Counted from the stretch's first letter, positions 29,278-41,135 are shown. The stretch is 64,000 nucleotides of DNA from Desulfosoma sp. (GCA_037481835.1 JBBFKW010000012.1:14695-78694); one strand, 5' to 3'. Numbers and translations are program-made. The notes: generated by a model not told the origin, from the letters alone.

Positions 29278-30261
29278 TCAATGTCCCGAGATTATTTTGG
29301 TTGGTCCCAATGCCGAAGCCGGGCCGGGCCGCAACCGTTGCGCGGCGCAGAGGGTGGGGGCGGTGCAGACGCGGTTTCGGCCCGTGCGTTTGGCCTGGTA
29401 GAGGGCTTCGTCGGCCGCTTGGATGAGGGCATCAACGGCGGGGGCGGTGCCCGCCTCGGCCACGCCGGCGCTCAGGGTCACGGTGACAGAAACCGCCCCG
29501 TCGGTGACGGGCTGGGCGGAGACGGCGGCCCGGATTCTTTCGGCGACCCGCACGGCGATCTCCCCGTTTGCGTTGGGAAGGATCACCACGAACTCTTCGC
29601 CGCCGAAACGGCCCACCACGTCGTAGGAACGCACCGAGCTCTGGATGCGCCGCACCGTTTCCTTGAGCACCGCATCCCCCGCAAGATGGCCGTAGGTGTC
29701 GTTGATCTTCTTGAAATGATCGATATCCATCATGAGCACGCTCAGGGGCGTGCGTTCCCGTTTCGCCCGGTCCAATTCCTCATCCAGGCGGCGCAGGGCC
29801 GCGCCCCGGTTGTAGACCCCCGTCAAGGCGTCCCGCGTGGCCTGAAACCGCAAGGCTTCCCGGGCCGCCACGAGTTCCTCGTGGAGGGTGAGGATGCGCT
29901 TGCCGATGCCCACCCGCACATGAAGTTCGCTGGGATCGAACGGCTTGACCATGTAGTCGTCCGCGCCGGCTTCCAAGCCCGCGACGATTTCCTCGCGGCT
30001 CGTCTTGGCGGTGAGCAAGATGAGATAAAAGTACCGGTCCCGCCCGGGCATCTCACGGCGCACCTTGCGGCACAGTTCCACCCCGTCCAGGCCCGGCATG
30101 ACCCAGTCCAAGACGGCCAGCCGCGGCGGGTCGCCGCCCTGGAGCACCGCCCAGGCTTCGTCTCCCGTCGACACCGCAAAGACCTCGTAGCCCCACTTCC
30201 CAAGCATGGCCGCCACCATCTTTCGGGTGACGGCATCGTCGTCGGCCAGAAGAACCCTCAT
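29278..30261 (-). CDS. Response-regulator diguanylate cyclase (REC-GGDEF)
   Basis: ADDD...LDWVMP...KPF; DALTG, DIDHFKKINDTYGH, RxxD I-site (RSYD), GGEEF. Confidence 0.93.
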   Translation of the reverse strand: MRVLLADDDAVTRKMVAAMLGKWGYEVFAVSTGDEAWAVLQGGDPPRLAVLDWVMPGLDGVELCRKVRREMPGRDRYFYLILLTAKTSREEIVAGLEAGADDYMVKPFDPSELHVRVGIGKRILTLHEELVAAREALRFQATRDALTGVYNRGAALRRLDEELDRAKRERTPLSVLMMDIDHFKKINDTYGHLAGDAVLKETVRRIQSSVRSYDVVGRFGGEEFVVILPNANGEIAVRVAERIRAAVSAQPVTDGAVSVTVTLSAGVAEAGTAPAVDALIQAADEALYQAKRTGRNRVCTAPTLCAAQRLRPGPASALGPTKIISGH

Positions 30262-30279
30262 CCTTCTTCCTTCCGTGCT

Positions 30280-33200
30280 CTAAAAACTCACCGCCTCGGA
30301 CGGCGCCCCCACCTCATGCACCGCCATCCTCAATCGGTCCGCCTGTTCCTTTAAGACCGCATACAAGCCGTCCCACGACCCCGTATCCCCCCGGGAGGCG
30401 GCCTGTTCCACCGCCAAAGCCGCTTCGCTCAGCCGGCGGGCCGAGATGTTGGCCGAAGCCCCTTTCAACGTGTGGGCCAACCGCTTGACAAGGCCCGCAT
30501 CGGCTCGGCGCACGGCCTCTTCGATTTCGGCAAGGCGCTCCGGCAGGCTTTCCACGAATTCCGAAAGAACCTCCCAGGAAAGATCCATGTCCCCCGCAAG
30601 CCGATCCACCAGTTCGTCCCAGTCCAAGACGTCGCGTTCCACGCCCCCGTTGCCCGCTTCAGCCCACGCCGGGCTCGCTCCGGAAGATCCCGTCTCCGCC
30701 CCGCCCTCGGTGCGCCGTTCAAGCTGCCGCTCCATGGCGGCCTGCAGGTCTTCCAGCCGGATCGGTTTGGAGACGTAATCGTCCATGCCGGCCTTGAGGC
30801 ACATTTCCCGATCCCCATGGAGGGCATGGGCCGTCATGGCGATGATGGGCACCCGGGGATCCGTGACCTTGACAAGCCCCTTTCGGATCATCCGCGTCGC
30901 TTCCATCCCGTCCAAAACGGGCATCTGCACGTCCATGAAGACAAGGTCGTAGGGTTCTCTTTGTAGAGCCTCCAGGGCTTCCTGCCCCGTGCCCACCACG
31001 TCCACGCGGCATCCCAGCTTTTTCAGGCAGCCGACGGCGACTTTTTGGTTCACGGGGTTGTCTTCCGCCAAGAGCACCTTGAGGGAGCGTCGTTGTTCGG
31101 CCGGTTCGGCCTGAGGCGGCGCGCCGGCGAGCGGCGCCTGCGCCATGGACGAAAGATCGAGACAGGCGAGCAGCGCGTTATAAAGCTTGGAATAGCGAAC
31201 GGGCTTGGTCAAAAAGGCCTGGAAAAGCCCTTCGGCCTTGAACCTTTCCCAGAGTGCCGGGGATACCACGGTCGTCAAGAGAACGCAAAGTGTGGAGGAA
31301 AGCGCTGGATCGTTTTTGATTCGGCGCGCCAGGGCTTCGCCGTCCCCGTCCGCCATGTGCAGGTCCAGTAAAGCCACGGCAAAGGGGGCGCCTTCGTGCC
31401 GAGCCGCCCGGAGCTTGCGAAGAGCCGTCAGCCCGTCGGAAGCCTGGTCGCAGGGGTAGCCCCATGCGCGCAACATCTCCGTCACCACGAAGCGGTTCGT
31501 CGCGTTATCGTCCACCACGAGAACCCGGCTGGTGCGCACGCGTTCCAAGACCACTTCATCCGGCCTTTCGCCCGCGTCCTGCAAAATCTCGCGGCCTTCC
31601 CCCAGCACCGCCGTAAACCAAAAGGTGGACCCCGCGCCTTCCTCGCTTTCCACCTTCATGACGCCGCCCATCATTTCCGCAAGCTTTTTGGAAATGGTCA
31701 GGCCCAAGCCCGTGCCGCCGTACTTTCGCGTGATGGAGGCGTCCGCCTGGGAAAACGACTGAAAGACCGAATCGATCCGATCCTTGGGAATGCCGATGCC
31801 CGTATCGCGAACGGCAAAGCGCAGGCCCACCTTTCCGGCCGGCACCGCCGGCGTGTCGGATCGGGAGACACGGACGACCACTTCGCCCCTTTCGGTGAAC
31901 TTTATGGCGTTCCCCACGAGGTTCATGAGGATCTGGCGCAGCCGCACCGGGTCCCCCCGCACATACCGGGGCACGTCGCGATCCGCCAGGCACGCCAGTT
32001 CCAGGCCCTTTTCGTGGGCTTTCACCGCCAGAGTTTCCACCACGCTTTCCACGGCCGAACGCAGATCGAAATCCACGTGCTCCAGTTCCATCTTGCCCGC
32101 TTCGATCTTGGAAAGGTCCAGAATATCGTTGAGGATCGTCAGGAGCGCTTCGCCGCTTTTTTGGATGATTTCCACGTATTCCCTCTGGACGGGATCCAGC
32201 GCCGTGTCCTGGAGGAGCCGGTTCATGCCCAGGATGCCGTTCATGGGCGTGCGGATTTCATGGCTCATGTTGGCCAAAAAGAGGCTTTTCGCCTGGTTGG
32301 CCACTTCCGCTTCCACCGCCAACCGGTTGGCGCGCCCGATGGCCTCTTCCAACTGCTGGTTGGATTGTTCCAAGGCCTGGAGCGCCTCGCGAAGTTCCCG
32401 TTCCCGGGCGGTGACGGTTTCCGCCATCTCCCTCACCGCCCCGACGACGCGGTCCAGTTCCGCCACACCGCACGGTTCCAAGCGGTCCAAAGACTCGGGG
32501 CGGCCTCCGGCCACGTATTCCAGGGCACGGGAAAAGCGCTCCAGGGGTTTTCCCACAACGTCTTCCAGCCGCCTCTTGGCCGCCGCCAGCATGACGGCTG
32601 TAGCCCCGCAGAACACAGCGAGGGCTGCGGCCGACATGGCCCCAATGGGCTTCAGGATATGCCAAAGGGGTGTGGCCACAACGATCACCCACCCGCTCTT
32701 TTCCACAGGCGTCGCCGTCGCCAGATGCCATGTGGTCCCCAAGCGCACCAAGGCCGTCTGCGCCGTCTTTTCCCTTTGGGCGCGGCGCACCACATCCAGA
32801 TGGCTCATGTCGCCATGGCGAACCGCAAGGTTGTGGTCCGGATGGGCCATCACGGACCCGAACCGGTCCAGGACGAAAGCCAGATCGCCTTCCTCCGTGC
32901 CCTCTACCAGAGAATCCACGTAGCGCTCAATGTCCGAAAGGTTGAGCTCCCCGACCACATGCCCGCCGTCCGGCATCTTCACGGCCGTGAGCACCGCCAC
33001 CTTTCCCGGCTCCAGGTATTCGCAGGGGTCGGAAAAACTCCCCAGGCGGGAGGGGTCTTGCTCCAAGGGCTTGAGATACATGGAAAAATCCATGCCTTGC
33101 ACGCCTGCGGGAAAAGCGGCGACGACGATGCCTCGAGAATCCGTCACGACCAGGCGGTCGAAATAGGGCACGGCATCCTTCACGGCGGCAAGGAGCGCCG

Positions 33201-33444
33201 GCACATTGCGGTCTTGCCCGCTGCCGACCGAAACGGGGATTTTGAGAGCGGCTGTGGCATGATCCAGGTAAGCGCCGAGGGAGGCCTCCAAGGGGCGAAC
33301 CATCTGCCGATGGCGGCTTCCCACGGTGGACACCTGTTGGTATCCGGCGAGAATGGTCCCGAGGAGCACGATGACCAGGCCCAAGCCGAAGATCTTGGGC
33401 CCCATTTGCGACCGCACGACGGCCGCCAGCGGCGCACTGTCCAT
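30280..33444 (-). CDS. Hybrid sensor histidine kinase (Cache-HAMP-HisKA-HATPase-REC-REC-HPt)
   Basis: Two TM segments, [30 protein letters not shown], two receiver domains, AHTLKGAS. Confidence 0.92.
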   Translation of the reverse strand: MDSAPLAAVVRSQMGPKIFGLGLVIVLLGTILAGYQQVSTVGSRHRQMVRPLEASLGAYLDHATAALKIPVSVGSGQDRNVPALLAAVKDAVPYFDRLVVTDSRGIVVAAFPAGVQGMDFSMYLKPLEQDPSRLGSFSDPCEYLEPGKVAVLTAVKMPDGGHVVGELNLSDIERYVDSLVEGTEEGDLAFVLDRFGSVMAHPDHNLAVRHGDMSHLDVVRRAQREKTAQTALVRLGTTWHLATATPVEKSGWVIVVATPLWHILKPIGAMSAAALAVFCGATAVMLAAAKRRLEDVVGKPLERFSRALEYVAGGRPESLDRLEPCGVAELDRVVGAVREMAETVTARERELREALQALEQSNQQLEEAIGRANRLAVEAEVANQAKSLFLANMSHEIRTPMNGILGMNRLLQDTALDPVQREYVEIIQKSGEALLTILNDILDLSKIEAGKMELEHVDFDLRSAVESVVETLAVKAHEKGLELACLADRDVPRYVRGDPVRLRQILMNLVGNAIKFTERGEVVVRVSRSDTPAVPAGKVGLRFAVRDTGIGIPKDRIDSVFQSFSQADASITRKYGGTGLGLTISKKLAEMMGGVMKVESEEGAGSTFWFTAVLGEGREILQDAGERPDEVVLERVRTSRVLVVDDNATNRFVVTEMLRAWGYPCDQASDGLTALRKLRAARHEGAPFAVALLDLHMADGDGEALARRIKNDPALSSTLCVLLTTVVSPALWERFKAEGLFQAFLTKPVRYSKLYNALLACLDLSSMAQAPLAGAPPQAEPAEQRRSLKVLLAEDNPVNQKVAVGCLKKLGCRVDVVGTGQEALEALQREPYDLVFMDVQMPVLDGMEATRMIRKGLVKVTDPRVPIIAMTAHALHGDREMCLKAGMDDYVSKPIRLEDLQAAMERQLERRTEGGAETGSSGASPAWAEAGNGGVERDVLDWDELVDRLAGDMDLSWEVLSEFVESLPERLAEIEEAVRRADAGLVKRLAHTLKGASANISARRLSEAALAVEQAASRGDTGSWDGLYAVLKEQADRLRMAVHEVGAPSEAVSF

Positions 33445-33629
33445 CCCCTCTCCCCCCCGTTGAGGGACGACACACGTCCTTGGGAAACGCTTTCCGCAAG
33501 GCACGAAAGGACGCGATCCCCGTAGGGATCTCACCCGAGCGGCCCGCTCGGGCCGGAGCCGGGCTCCGACCCCAAAGGCTATTTCAGCAGTCGGCACGAT
33601 GTTTCAGAAACTAAAGACTTTTTTGAGCC

Positions 33630-36143
33630 CTAAAGGGCGCGCCCGGGGCTTTCGGGAAGAAAGGCGCAGGAGGCCGATTCTTCCAGGGTGCGAAGGCACC
33701 GCTTTTGGGCCGCGGAGGGATCGAAGGTTTGGAGCCTGGCGGCCAGTTCCCCCCACAGGGTCGGGACCCACCAGTCGTGAAAGGTCAGTTTCAAGGCTTG
33801 GGCGATTTGGACGAGAAGGCACAGCCGGTCCAGGGAAAGCCGGCTGGAGGCCAGAATGCGGCGCATTTCCCGGCACAGAGCCCCGGTCACGGTTCGATGG
33901 ACTTCCGGCAAATCGTCGGCGACACCCCACGAGGCCAGGGACGATCTTAAAAACTGCAGGCGGGCGAGAAAAATCTGGCGCTGAAAGCTTCCTTCCGCCC
34001 CGTTTTCCCGAAGATGGGCCGTTCCGCCCTCTTCAGCTCGGAGCAGCGGCGCCAACACGTCCAAAATCTGGCGTTCCACGATGCGGCGCAAGGAATCCTT
34101 GATATCCCCCGGGAGGGTGATCCCCCATTCCCGCAAGGACCATAGGAGCGCGTGATGGGCGTTGAAAAAGCGCCTCTGGAACTCGGTGTAGAAAACCAGG
34201 TGGTCCTGAGCCAGTCGATAGGCGATGTTCATGCGCACGTCCTCGGGGATGTCCTTGAGGGAAAAGGCCTCGGCCTCCGGCAGATCGTCCAGGCACTGGA
34301 CCATGGAAGCCGTCCCTTCCACGGCGCAGGCTTTGAGTTCCTTGACCAAGGGCTCGAAGGCCGCCTCATCGGTCAGGCGCTTGACGGACGCCCGCAGGTC
34401 CAACCCGCCGAAGTGCATGGTGGCGTGGACCAGAGCCACGGAGCGCCCCGTTCGGGTGTCTTCCACGTCCATGGTCCCGACCTGGCAGGGCACGGGGTAT
34501 TCCCCGAGAAAGACTTCGTGGCGCGGGCGGATGGCGTACGTGTGGACCCGGTCCCGGTAGGGGGTTTTAAGAGCCAGGGCTTCCATGGCCGCCGCGGCGC
34601 CGATGTGTTCGGGGCTGATTTTCTTTTCCAAGACAAAGCGACGGTACACGGCGGCGCCGTGTCCCATTTCCGGAAGATTGCTCGGCGCCTTTTCCAACAC
34701 CTCCAAGAAGGCCGGCTCCGGATCCGGAGCCCCGGAGGCTCGAGCCAATTCCATGGCCCGGCACGCATGGGCGAGGATGATCTGGGTTTCCAGGCCGCTC
34801 ACGTCATCGAAAAACCAGCCGCAGGACGTGTACATGGCCATGGCTTCCCGCTGCATTTCCATGAGTTCCAAGAGGCGGATTTTGTCTTCGGCCGAGAAGT
34901 TCCCTTTGGCGTGCCTTCGGAGGAACGCTTCCCTTTCCGAGGCCCCGTTCAAGACCACGTGGATGTAGTCGTCTCGCGCCGCCCACGGGTCCCGAACGAG
35001 TCGCGAGGCTTCCTTTTCGAAATGCCGGGCCAGGGCGTCCCGCACCCCGTCCAGGGCCTCCCGCAAAGGGGCCCGCCATTTCTGGTGCCAGTCCGGATGG
35101 GCCCCGCTTTGGCAGCCGCAGTCAGTCCGCCACCGTCCGACCCCGTGGGCGCAGCTCCATGCCGTCTCGGGGACGATTTCCACTTCCGCCTTCACGGGAA
35201 ACCGGTCCAAGAAGGTTGCATAATTGACCACTTCCACGGACGGGTCCTTTTCCAGCTCTTTGAAGGCGGCCGCCAGGGCCATATCCCCGAACTTGAAGTG
35301 GTGCCCGTAGGATTCGCCGTCCGTGGCGGCATGGACGAGCCAGGCTTCTCCGGGGACGACGGCGGGGTCTGCAAAGCCTTCCCGAAGCGCCGAAAGGAGC
35401 CGCGAACTGTGTTCCAGGAGCCGTTCGAAGGCGATGCCCCGGGAAATGCGGCCATTGTAGAAAAAAAGGTGGATCCAGGCGCCGTTGGGGCACCGGTACC
35501 GGTATGCGCGGCCGTACGGGATGGATCCGTCCCGAACGTCGCGCCACGCCGTGGATTCGCCGTCCAGCCGGCGCCATCGCGAGGCCTGGTGGGGGGCCAA
35601 GACGGTGAAGCGAATGCCGGCTTCGGCGAGCAGGCCCAGGGTTTCAGGGTCCACGGCCGTTTCCGGAAGCCACATGCCGTCGGGGTTTCGCCCGTAACGG
35701 TGGCGGAATTCGGCGATCCCCCACGCGATTTGGGTTTTCTTGTCCCGGCGGTTGGCCAAGGGGAGGATGATGTGGTGGTAGGCCTGGGCCATGGCGTTGC
35801 CGAAACCGCCCAGGCGCTTGGCGCTTTCCCGGTCCGCTCTCACGAGCTGCCGCACCACCCAAGGCTCGTGGCGTTCCAGCCAGGCCAGCAGTGTGGGCCC
35901 GAAATTGAAGCTGAGGTACTGGTAATTGTTCAGGAGACTGATAATGCGATTGCGGGAATCCACAAGGCGGGCGGCGGCGTTGGGCCGGTAGCATTCGTTG
36001 GTGATCCGGCGGTTCCAGTCGTGGTCGGGATCGGCGCTGGGTTCCCGCGGGACGGCTTCAAGCCAGGGGTTTTCTCGAGGCGGCTGGTAAAAATGGCCGT
36101 GCAGGCACACGCACCGAAGCGCGCCCTGGGAATCCTTCACCAT
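33630..36143 (-). CDS. GH57-family / DUF3536 domain protein
   Basis: HGHFYQPPRENPW, ECYRPN, WLPETAVD, ATDGESYGHH, WSCAHGV, MYTSCGWFFDD. Confidence 0.88.
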   Translation of the reverse strand: MVKDSQGALRCVCLHGHFYQPPRENPWLEAVPREPSADPDHDWNRRITNECYRPNAAARLVDSRNRIISLLNNYQYLSFNFGPTLLAWLERHEPWVVRQLVRADRESAKRLGGFGNAMAQAYHHIILPLANRRDKKTQIAWGIAEFRHRYGRNPDGMWLPETAVDPETLGLLAEAGIRFTVLAPHQASRWRRLDGESTAWRDVRDGSIPYGRAYRYRCPNGAWIHLFFYNGRISRGIAFERLLEHSSRLLSALREGFADPAVVPGEAWLVHAATDGESYGHHFKFGDMALAAAFKELEKDPSVEVVNYATFLDRFPVKAEVEIVPETAWSCAHGVGRWRTDCGCQSGAHPDWHQKWRAPLREALDGVRDALARHFEKEASRLVRDPWAARDDYIHVVLNGASEREAFLRRHAKGNFSAEDKIRLLELMEMQREAMAMYTSCGWFFDDVSGLETQIILAHACRAMELARASGAPDPEPAFLEVLEKAPSNLPEMGHGAAVYRRFVLEKKISPEHIGAAAAMEALALKTPYRDRVHTYAIRPRHEVFLGEYPVPCQVGTMDVEDTRTGRSVALVHATMHFGGLDLRASVKRLTDEAAFEPLVKELKACAVEGTASMVQCLDDLPEAEAFSLKDIPEDVRMNIAYRLAQDHLVFYTEFQRRFFNAHHALLWSLREWGITLPGDIKDSLRRIVERQILDVLAPLLRAEEGGTAHLRENGAEGSFQRQIFLARLQFLRSSLASWGVADDLPEVHRTVTGALCREMRRILASSRLSLDRLCLLVQIAQALKLTFHDWWVPTLWGELAARLQTFDPSAAQKRCLRTLEESASCAFLPESPGRAL

Positions 36144-36168
36144 GAGAGCCCTCCTCTTTGCAGGCCTT

Positions 36169-37038
36169 TCAGTCCCGATCCCGGTCCAGTTCCAGTGCCG
36201 TGCGATAGGCTTCGCGACGGCTCACCTTGAACGCCCTGTGGATCTTTTCCACCGCATCCTTGACCGTCTCTCCCCGGGCGAGACAATCCGCCAGGGCGTC
36301 TTTCCACACCGCTTCGGTGTCGGCCTTCGGCGCCCAAGACGCCGAAGCACCCTCCACGACCAGGGTGATCTCCCCCCGGACCGGCCCCTGGAAGGCCTCC
36401 ACGGCCTGGGACACCGTCCCCCGAAAGACCTCTTCGTGCACCTTGGTGAGTTCCCGGGCGACGGCCAGCCGGCGGTTTCCCCAATGGTGGAGGATGTCCC
36501 GGAGCGTTCGGGCGAGGCGCCGCGGGGATTCGTAGAGGACGAGGGTCATGGGGAGGGCGGCGTATTCTTCGAAAAAGGTGGTCCGACGCCCTCCTTTCGG
36601 GGGAGGAAAGCCGATGAAGGCAAAGGGCTGGGGCGGCAGCCCGGACACACTCAAGGCCGTGATGACGGCGCTCGGGCCCGGAACCGGCACCACCGGCCGG
36701 CCGTTTTCCAGGGCCTGGTGGATCAGGGCCGTGCCGGGATCGGAAATGCCCGGGGTGCCGGCGTCGGTGACGACGGCGACGCTCCGCCCGCTCTTGAGAA
36801 TGCCGACGATTTTTTCCAGGCCTTGGGGGGAGGTGTGGGCGTGGCAGCTGAGAACGGGCACGCGGATGCCGTGGGCGCTGAGGAGCTTTCGCGTGTGGCG
36901 CGTGTCTTCGGCCACGACGAAGGCCACGGAACGCAGAACTTCAAGGGCCCTTAGGGTGATGTCCGCCAGGTTGCCGATGGGGGTCGCCACGACGTAAAGG
37001 ATTCCGGCGCTTTCTTCGGCTGCCTGATGTCCCGCCAT
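36169..37038 (-). CDS. rsmI: 16S rRNA C1402 2'-O-methyltransferase
   Basis: LYVVATPIGNL, AEDTR, DAGTPGISDPG, YESPRR, RELTKVHEE. Confidence 0.95.
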   Translation of the reverse strand: MAGHQAAEESAGILYVVATPIGNLADITLRALEVLRSVAFVVAEDTRHTRKLLSAHGIRVPVLSCHAHTSPQGLEKIVGILKSGRSVAVVTDAGTPGISDPGTALIHQALENGRPVVPVPGPSAVITALSVSGLPPQPFAFIGFPPPKGGRRTTFFEEYAALPMTLVLYESPRRLARTLRDILHHWGNRRLAVARELTKVHEEVFRGTVSQAVEAFQGPVRGEITLVVEGASASWAPKADTEAVWKDALADCLARGETVKDAVEKIHRAFKVSRREAYRTALELDRDRD

Positions 37039-37049
37039 GGCCCCGTCCC

Positions 37050-37424
37050 TCACACCGCCCCGTGGGCGTCGAAAGCCCCCGGAATCCAGCGCACTTGAGC
37101 CTCATCGCGGCGCCATCGCACGGTCACCACATCGAAGCGGACCGGGACACGGTCGAGCCCCGAGCGTTTCAGATACCACAGGGCCACCCGAACCACGCGC
37201 TTCCTCTTTTCAGGGCCCACGGATTCTTCCGCCGCCCCCCGGCGACCGCTTCGCTGGGATCGGATTTCCACAAAGACGTAGGTCGGCCCGTCCCGCGCGA
37301 TGAGGTCCACTTCGCCCAAAGGGCAGCGCAGGTTCCTTTCCACGATTTCCAGGCCGTGTTTTTCGAGATAGGCCGCCGCCACAGCCTCGCCGTCACGGCC
37401 GGTGGCAATGCGATCCCGGTCCAT
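37050..37424 (-). CDS. yraN: YraN (UPF0102) family protein
   Basis: GEAVAAAYL, GEVDLIA, VFVEIR, RFDVV. Confidence 0.9.
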   Translation of the reverse strand: MDRDRIATGRDGEAVAAAYLEKHGLEIVERNLRCPLGEVDLIARDGPTYVFVEIRSQRSGRRGAAEESVGPEKRKRVVRVALWYLKRSGLDRVPVRFDVVTVRWRRDEAQVRWIPGAFDAHGAV

Positions 37425-38085
37425 GGGCCGGATCCTTTCCCGAGAGCACGCCTTGAAACGATCGGCGATGAATGGGACATGGGCCGAACCGCCGGAGCGC
37501 TTCCCGGTGCTCCGCCGTCGGGTACCCCTTGTGGCGATGAAATCCATACGCGGGGTAGAGGGCGTGGTAGTCGTCCATGAGCCGATCGCGATGGACTTTG
37601 GCGATGATGGAGGCGGCCGCGATGGAAAGGCTTCGAGCGTCTCCTCGAATGAGGCCGCGCTGCGGCATGGGCAGGGGCAGGCTGTAGGGCCCGTCGATGA
37701 GCACGAAATCGGGGGGCACCCCGAGGCCCTGGAGCGCTCGAAGCATGGCCGAAAACGTGGCCCTAAGGATGTCCGTGCGGTCGATTTCCTCGGGCTCGGC
37801 GCACCCTATGCCCACCGCCACGGCTCGAGCCCGGATCTCGGCGGCCAGTTGTTCCCTCCGGCGGGCCGTCACTTTCTTGGAATCGGTGACGCCGGGAAAA
37901 GGGGTCTTTTCAGGAAGAATGACGGCCGCCGCCACAACGGGTCCGGCCAAGGGACCGCGGCCCGCCTCGTCGATTCCCGCCACCAAACGAAAACCCCGCC
38001 GGCGGATGGCGTCGTCCAGGGCCAATCCGTCCGCCGGCGGGGTTTCAAACAGACTTCTTTGCACGAGCATGCCGTCCGACACCAC
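37393..38085 (-). CDS. rnhB: Ribonuclease HII
   Basis: GIDEAGRGPLAGPV, DSKK, LIDG, IAAASIIAKVHRD, HKGYPT. Confidence 0.95.
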   Translation of the reverse strand: MVSDGMLVQRSLFETPPADGLALDDAIRRRGFRLVAGIDEAGRGPLAGPVVAAAVILPEKTPFPGVTDSKKVTARRREQLAAEIRARAVAVGIGCAEPEEIDRTDILRATFSAMLRALQGLGVPPDFVLIDGPYSLPLPMPQRGLIRGDARSLSIAAASIIAKVHRDRLMDDYHALYPAYGFHRHKGYPTAEHREALRRFGPCPIHRRSFQGVLSGKDPAHGPGSHCHRP

Positions 38086-38181
38086 CCTCGGATGCCGTTT
38101 TGTTCTTTACCGTCGCCGCTGGAGCCATCCGGGCCGCGCCTGAGCGGGGCTGTCGGGCGCCGTTTTTATTTCGTTGGGCTC

Positions 38182-38529
38182 CTAGCGGCGTTCCTTGATG
38201 CGGGCCGCCTTGCCCAGGCGTTCGCGCAGGTAGTAGAGGCGGCTTCGGCGCACGCGGCCTTTCCGCACCACTTCGATCTTGTCGATCTGCGGCGAATGGA
38301 GGGGGAAGATGCGTTCCACGCCGATTCCGTAGGACACTTTTCTCACCGTAAAGGTCGCCCCCACGCCGCCCCGATGCCGGCGAATGACCACGCCTTCGAA
38401 GACCTGGATCCGCTCTTTGTCGCCTTCGCGGATTTTCACGTGCACCTTGACCGTATCGCCCACACGGAACGGTGGAATATCCACCCGCATGAGATCGCGT
38501 TCGAGACTCTGAATGAGATTCCAACCCAT
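38182..38529 (-). CDS. rplS: 50S ribosomal protein L19
   Basis: [35 protein letters not shown]. Confidence 0.97.
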   Translation of the reverse strand: MGWNLIQSLERDLMRVDIPPFRVGDTVKVHVKIREGDKERIQVFEGVVIRRHRGGVGATFTVRKVSYGIGVERIFPLHSPQIDKIEVVRKGRVRRSRLYYLRERLGKAARIKERR

Positions 38530-38659
38530 GACCGTCCTCCACTTGTCCACCACATACCGTCTTAAAGTCGTGCGGCGCTTTCGGCCGCGCGTTGTTTCGC
38601 GTCTCGCCCTCAAAACCGCGGTGCGCCTTCTTACTCCAAACCGGGCGCCCTCGTAAACA

Positions 38660-39259
38660 TCAAAGTGCCGGCGGCGCCTGGGCCCGAAAGAATCGGTCCA
38701 CCAAAATGGCGGCGGCACAGCGCACCGAAAGATGATTGTAGTCCGAGCGGCCTTCCACGGGCCGCAACGTTCCGTGGCACAGCCTCCACACCCGCTCGGC
38801 CAACCCCCACCCGGTGCCGAACACCATGACGCCCGGGCGTCCCGTCGTTTCCAGGATGAGCCGGGCTTCGGCAGGTTCCACATCGGCGCCGCTGGACCGT
38901 GCCGAGGTGGCCCACAGGAAAGGCGCTCGACCGCACTCCCTTTCCACATCGGCCACCACGTCTTCCAAAGCGGCCTGGACCCGAAGGCGCCTCAAGGCCC
39001 GTTCCCTGTCCGGGTGCAGCCGGCTTCCCACTCCGTGGAGCCAATGATGGAGCAGGCGATGCACCAGTTCCTGCTGGTCCTGGAGCGGGGTCACCACGTA
39101 ACAGGCCGGAAGATCGTACGTGCAGGCCAATCGCCCCAGATCGTGCAGATCCAAGTTGGTGATCGCCGCAGCGATTTCTTCCCCCCGGCGGTTGCGCACG
39201 GGGGCGTGGACCAGGGCGAGGTAAAGGACGGGCTCTTTCAGAGTCCCGGGAGCGCTCAT
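38660..39259 (-). CDS. SPOUT-class RNA methyltransferase (TrmD-associated)
   Basis: [34 protein letters not shown]. Confidence 0.85.
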   Translation of the reverse strand: MSAPGTLKEPVLYLALVHAPVRNRRGEEIAAAITNLDLHDLGRLACTYDLPACYVVTPLQDQQELVHRLLHHWLHGVGSRLHPDRERALRRLRVQAALEDVVADVERECGRAPFLWATSARSSGADVEPAEARLILETTGRPGVMVFGTGWGLAERVWRLCHGTLRPVEGRSDYNHLSVRCAAAILVDRFFRAQAPPAL

Positions 39260-39987
39260 GGGGCCTCTTCCCCCTCGTTCAGGAGCCTCCGGTCCTCTTC
39301 GGAAAGGGTCAGCCGAGCGAAAAGGTCCGGCCGCCTTTCCCGGGTCCTCAAAAGAGCCTGCCGGCGACGCCACCGGGCGATGCGCCCGTGATCCCCGGAA
39401 AGGAGCACGTCCGGCACCCGATACCCGCGGAACTCCTGGGGCCTGGTGTACTGCGGGTGTTCCAAGACGGGCTCGCGGAAGGATTCGGCTTCCGCCGACG
39501 CCTCGTTGCCCAGCACTCCGGGAATCAAGCGGGAGACGGCATCCACGACCACCATGGCCGCCAATTCGCCGCCCGTGAGGATATAATCCCCGATGGAAAT
39601 TTCCTCGTCCACGAAATACCGGGCGATGCGTTCATCCACCCCTTCGTAGCGGCCGCAGATGAGCACCAATCGTTCCAGGGCGCTAAAGCGGCGCGCCGTC
39701 GCCTGGTCGAAGAGTCTTCCCTGGGGGCTCAGGAGCACCACATGGGGCGGCGGGCCCAGGGGAGCCAGGGCTTCCAGAGCGTGCACGATGGGTTCCGGCT
39801 TCATGACCATGCCCTCCCCGCCCCCGAAAGGCCGATCGTCGGTCATCTGGTGCCGGTCCGGAGCGTAATCGCGAAGGTTGTGCACCCGAACGACAATTTG
39901 TCCTCGCCCCTGCGCTTTGCCCAGGATGCTTTCGCTCAGCGGCCCGTGAAACATGCCCGGGAAAAGGGTCACGATGTCAAAGATCAT
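39256..39987 (-). CDS. trmD: tRNA (guanine37-N1)-methyltransferase
   Basis: [42 protein letters not shown]. Confidence 0.97.
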   Translation of the reverse strand: MIFDIVTLFPGMFHGPLSESILGKAQGRGQIVVRVHNLRDYAPDRHQMTDDRPFGGGEGMVMKPEPIVHALEALAPLGPPPHVVLLSPQGRLFDQATARRFSALERLVLICGRYEGVDERIARYFVDEEISIGDYILTGGELAAMVVVDAVSRLIPGVLGNEASAEAESFREPVLEHPQYTRPQEFRGYRVPDVLLSGDHGRIARWRRRQALLRTRERRPDLFARLTLSEEDRRLLNEGEEAP

Positions 39988-40504
39988 CCAACAAACCTTC
40001 AGGGGGATCCACCACCATGACGCCGCGGGAGACATCGACCCGCTTGATGATCTCTTCCACGGCGGGCAGAAGAATTTCCCGACCCGAGCCCGTCTTTACG
40101 GCATAGAGGTCGTGGGCCTTGGTTTCCATCACGCCCACAACCCGCCCGAGTGGCACACCGGCTTCGGTCACCACCTCCAGCCCCACCAGCTGGTGGTAGT
40201 AGTATTCGCCGTCTTCCAGGGGATCCAGGTCTTCTTCGGGCACCCCCACTTCCAAACCAACGAGGCGGCGCGCCCCGTCCAGGTCTTCGATGCCTTCAAA
40301 ACCAAACACCCACGCCTGCCCCGCGGGACGCTTGTCCGCAATGCGAAGCGCCCGAGGCACACCGCCGCGGGCCGCCTGCACGAACAACCGCTCCCCAGGT
40401 TGGCGCCGACCCAGCGTCTCCCCGTAAGGGGCAACGACGACGGCGCCGTGAATCCCATGAGTCCTCAGGATCTTTCCCACGGGAACCCAGCGCGGACTGT
40501 CCAT
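39977..40504 (-). CDS. rimM: Ribosome maturation factor RimM
   Basis: [27 protein letters not shown], operon position. Confidence 0.92.
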   Translation of the reverse strand: MDSPRWVPVGKILRTHGIHGAVVVAPYGETLGRRQPGERLFVQAARGGVPRALRIADKRPAGQAWVFGFEGIEDLDGARRLVGLEVGVPEEDLDPLEDGEYYYHQLVGLEVVTEAGVPLGRVVGVMETKAHDLYAVKTGSGREILLPAVEEIIKRVDVSRGVMVVDPPEGLLDDL

Positions 40505-40507
40505 GGC

Positions 40508-40741
40508 CTATTCGATGATTTCCAAGACCGCCCGTTTTCGAATCTTTGTGGACGCGGCGCTGAGGATCGTCCGCATGGCGCGGGCTGTGCGGCCTTGCTT
40601 GCCGATGACTTTCCCCAAGTCTTCCTTGGCCACCCGCAGTTCAATGACGGAGGTCTGTTCCCCTTCAATTTCCGAGACACGCACCTGTTCCGGCTTATCC
40701 ACCAACGCCCGCGCCATGTACTCGATGAGCTCTTTCAACAT
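40508..40741 (-). CDS. khpA: KH-domain RNA-binding protein
   Basis: [20 protein letters not shown]. Confidence 0.93.
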   Translation of the reverse strand: MLKELIEYMARALVDKPEQVRVSEIEGEQTSVIELRVAKEDLGKVIGKQGRTARAMRTILSAASTKIRKRAVLEIIE

Positions 40742-40784
40742 GGTCCACCCCTCCGTGTTCTCCGCGCCGCCCACCTCGGGTCCC

Positions 40785-41045
40785 TCAGGAAGCCTTCGAC
40801 ACGCCCAACCCCGCATGCTTGCGAATGAGGCTCATCACGGTCCGGGTCGGTTCCACACCCTGTTCGAGCCAATACTGGAGGCGCTCCGTGTTGAAAGTGA
40901 CCGTTTCCGGCTGGGTCAAAGGATTGTAAGTCCCGACGCGTTCAATGAACCGACCGTCACGAGGGGCTTCCGAATGGGCCACCACGATGGAATAGTAGGG
41001 TCTTTTCTTGCTGCCCCGACGAGCCAAACGGATACGAACCGGCAT
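40785..41045 (-). CDS. rpsP: 30S ribosomal protein S16
   Basis: [30 protein letters not shown]. Confidence 0.97.
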   Translation of the reverse strand: MPVRIRLARRGSKKRPYYSIVVAHSEAPRDGRFIERVGTYNPLTQPETVTFNTERLQYWLEQGVEPTRTVMSLIRKHAGLGVSKAS

Positions 41046-41135
41046 GATGATCTCTTACCTCCTGTTAAGTCACTTTACCTCACGGCCCACACGGCCTCAA
41101 AACAAATTTTTGCTCTATACACCAAGAGGGGGGCC

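Noticed and set aside
31396..36230. Long plus-strand ORFs (709 aa, 692 aa) and similar ones such as 40503-42749
   Set aside because: Antisense shadows of well-supported GC-rich genes, with no motifs
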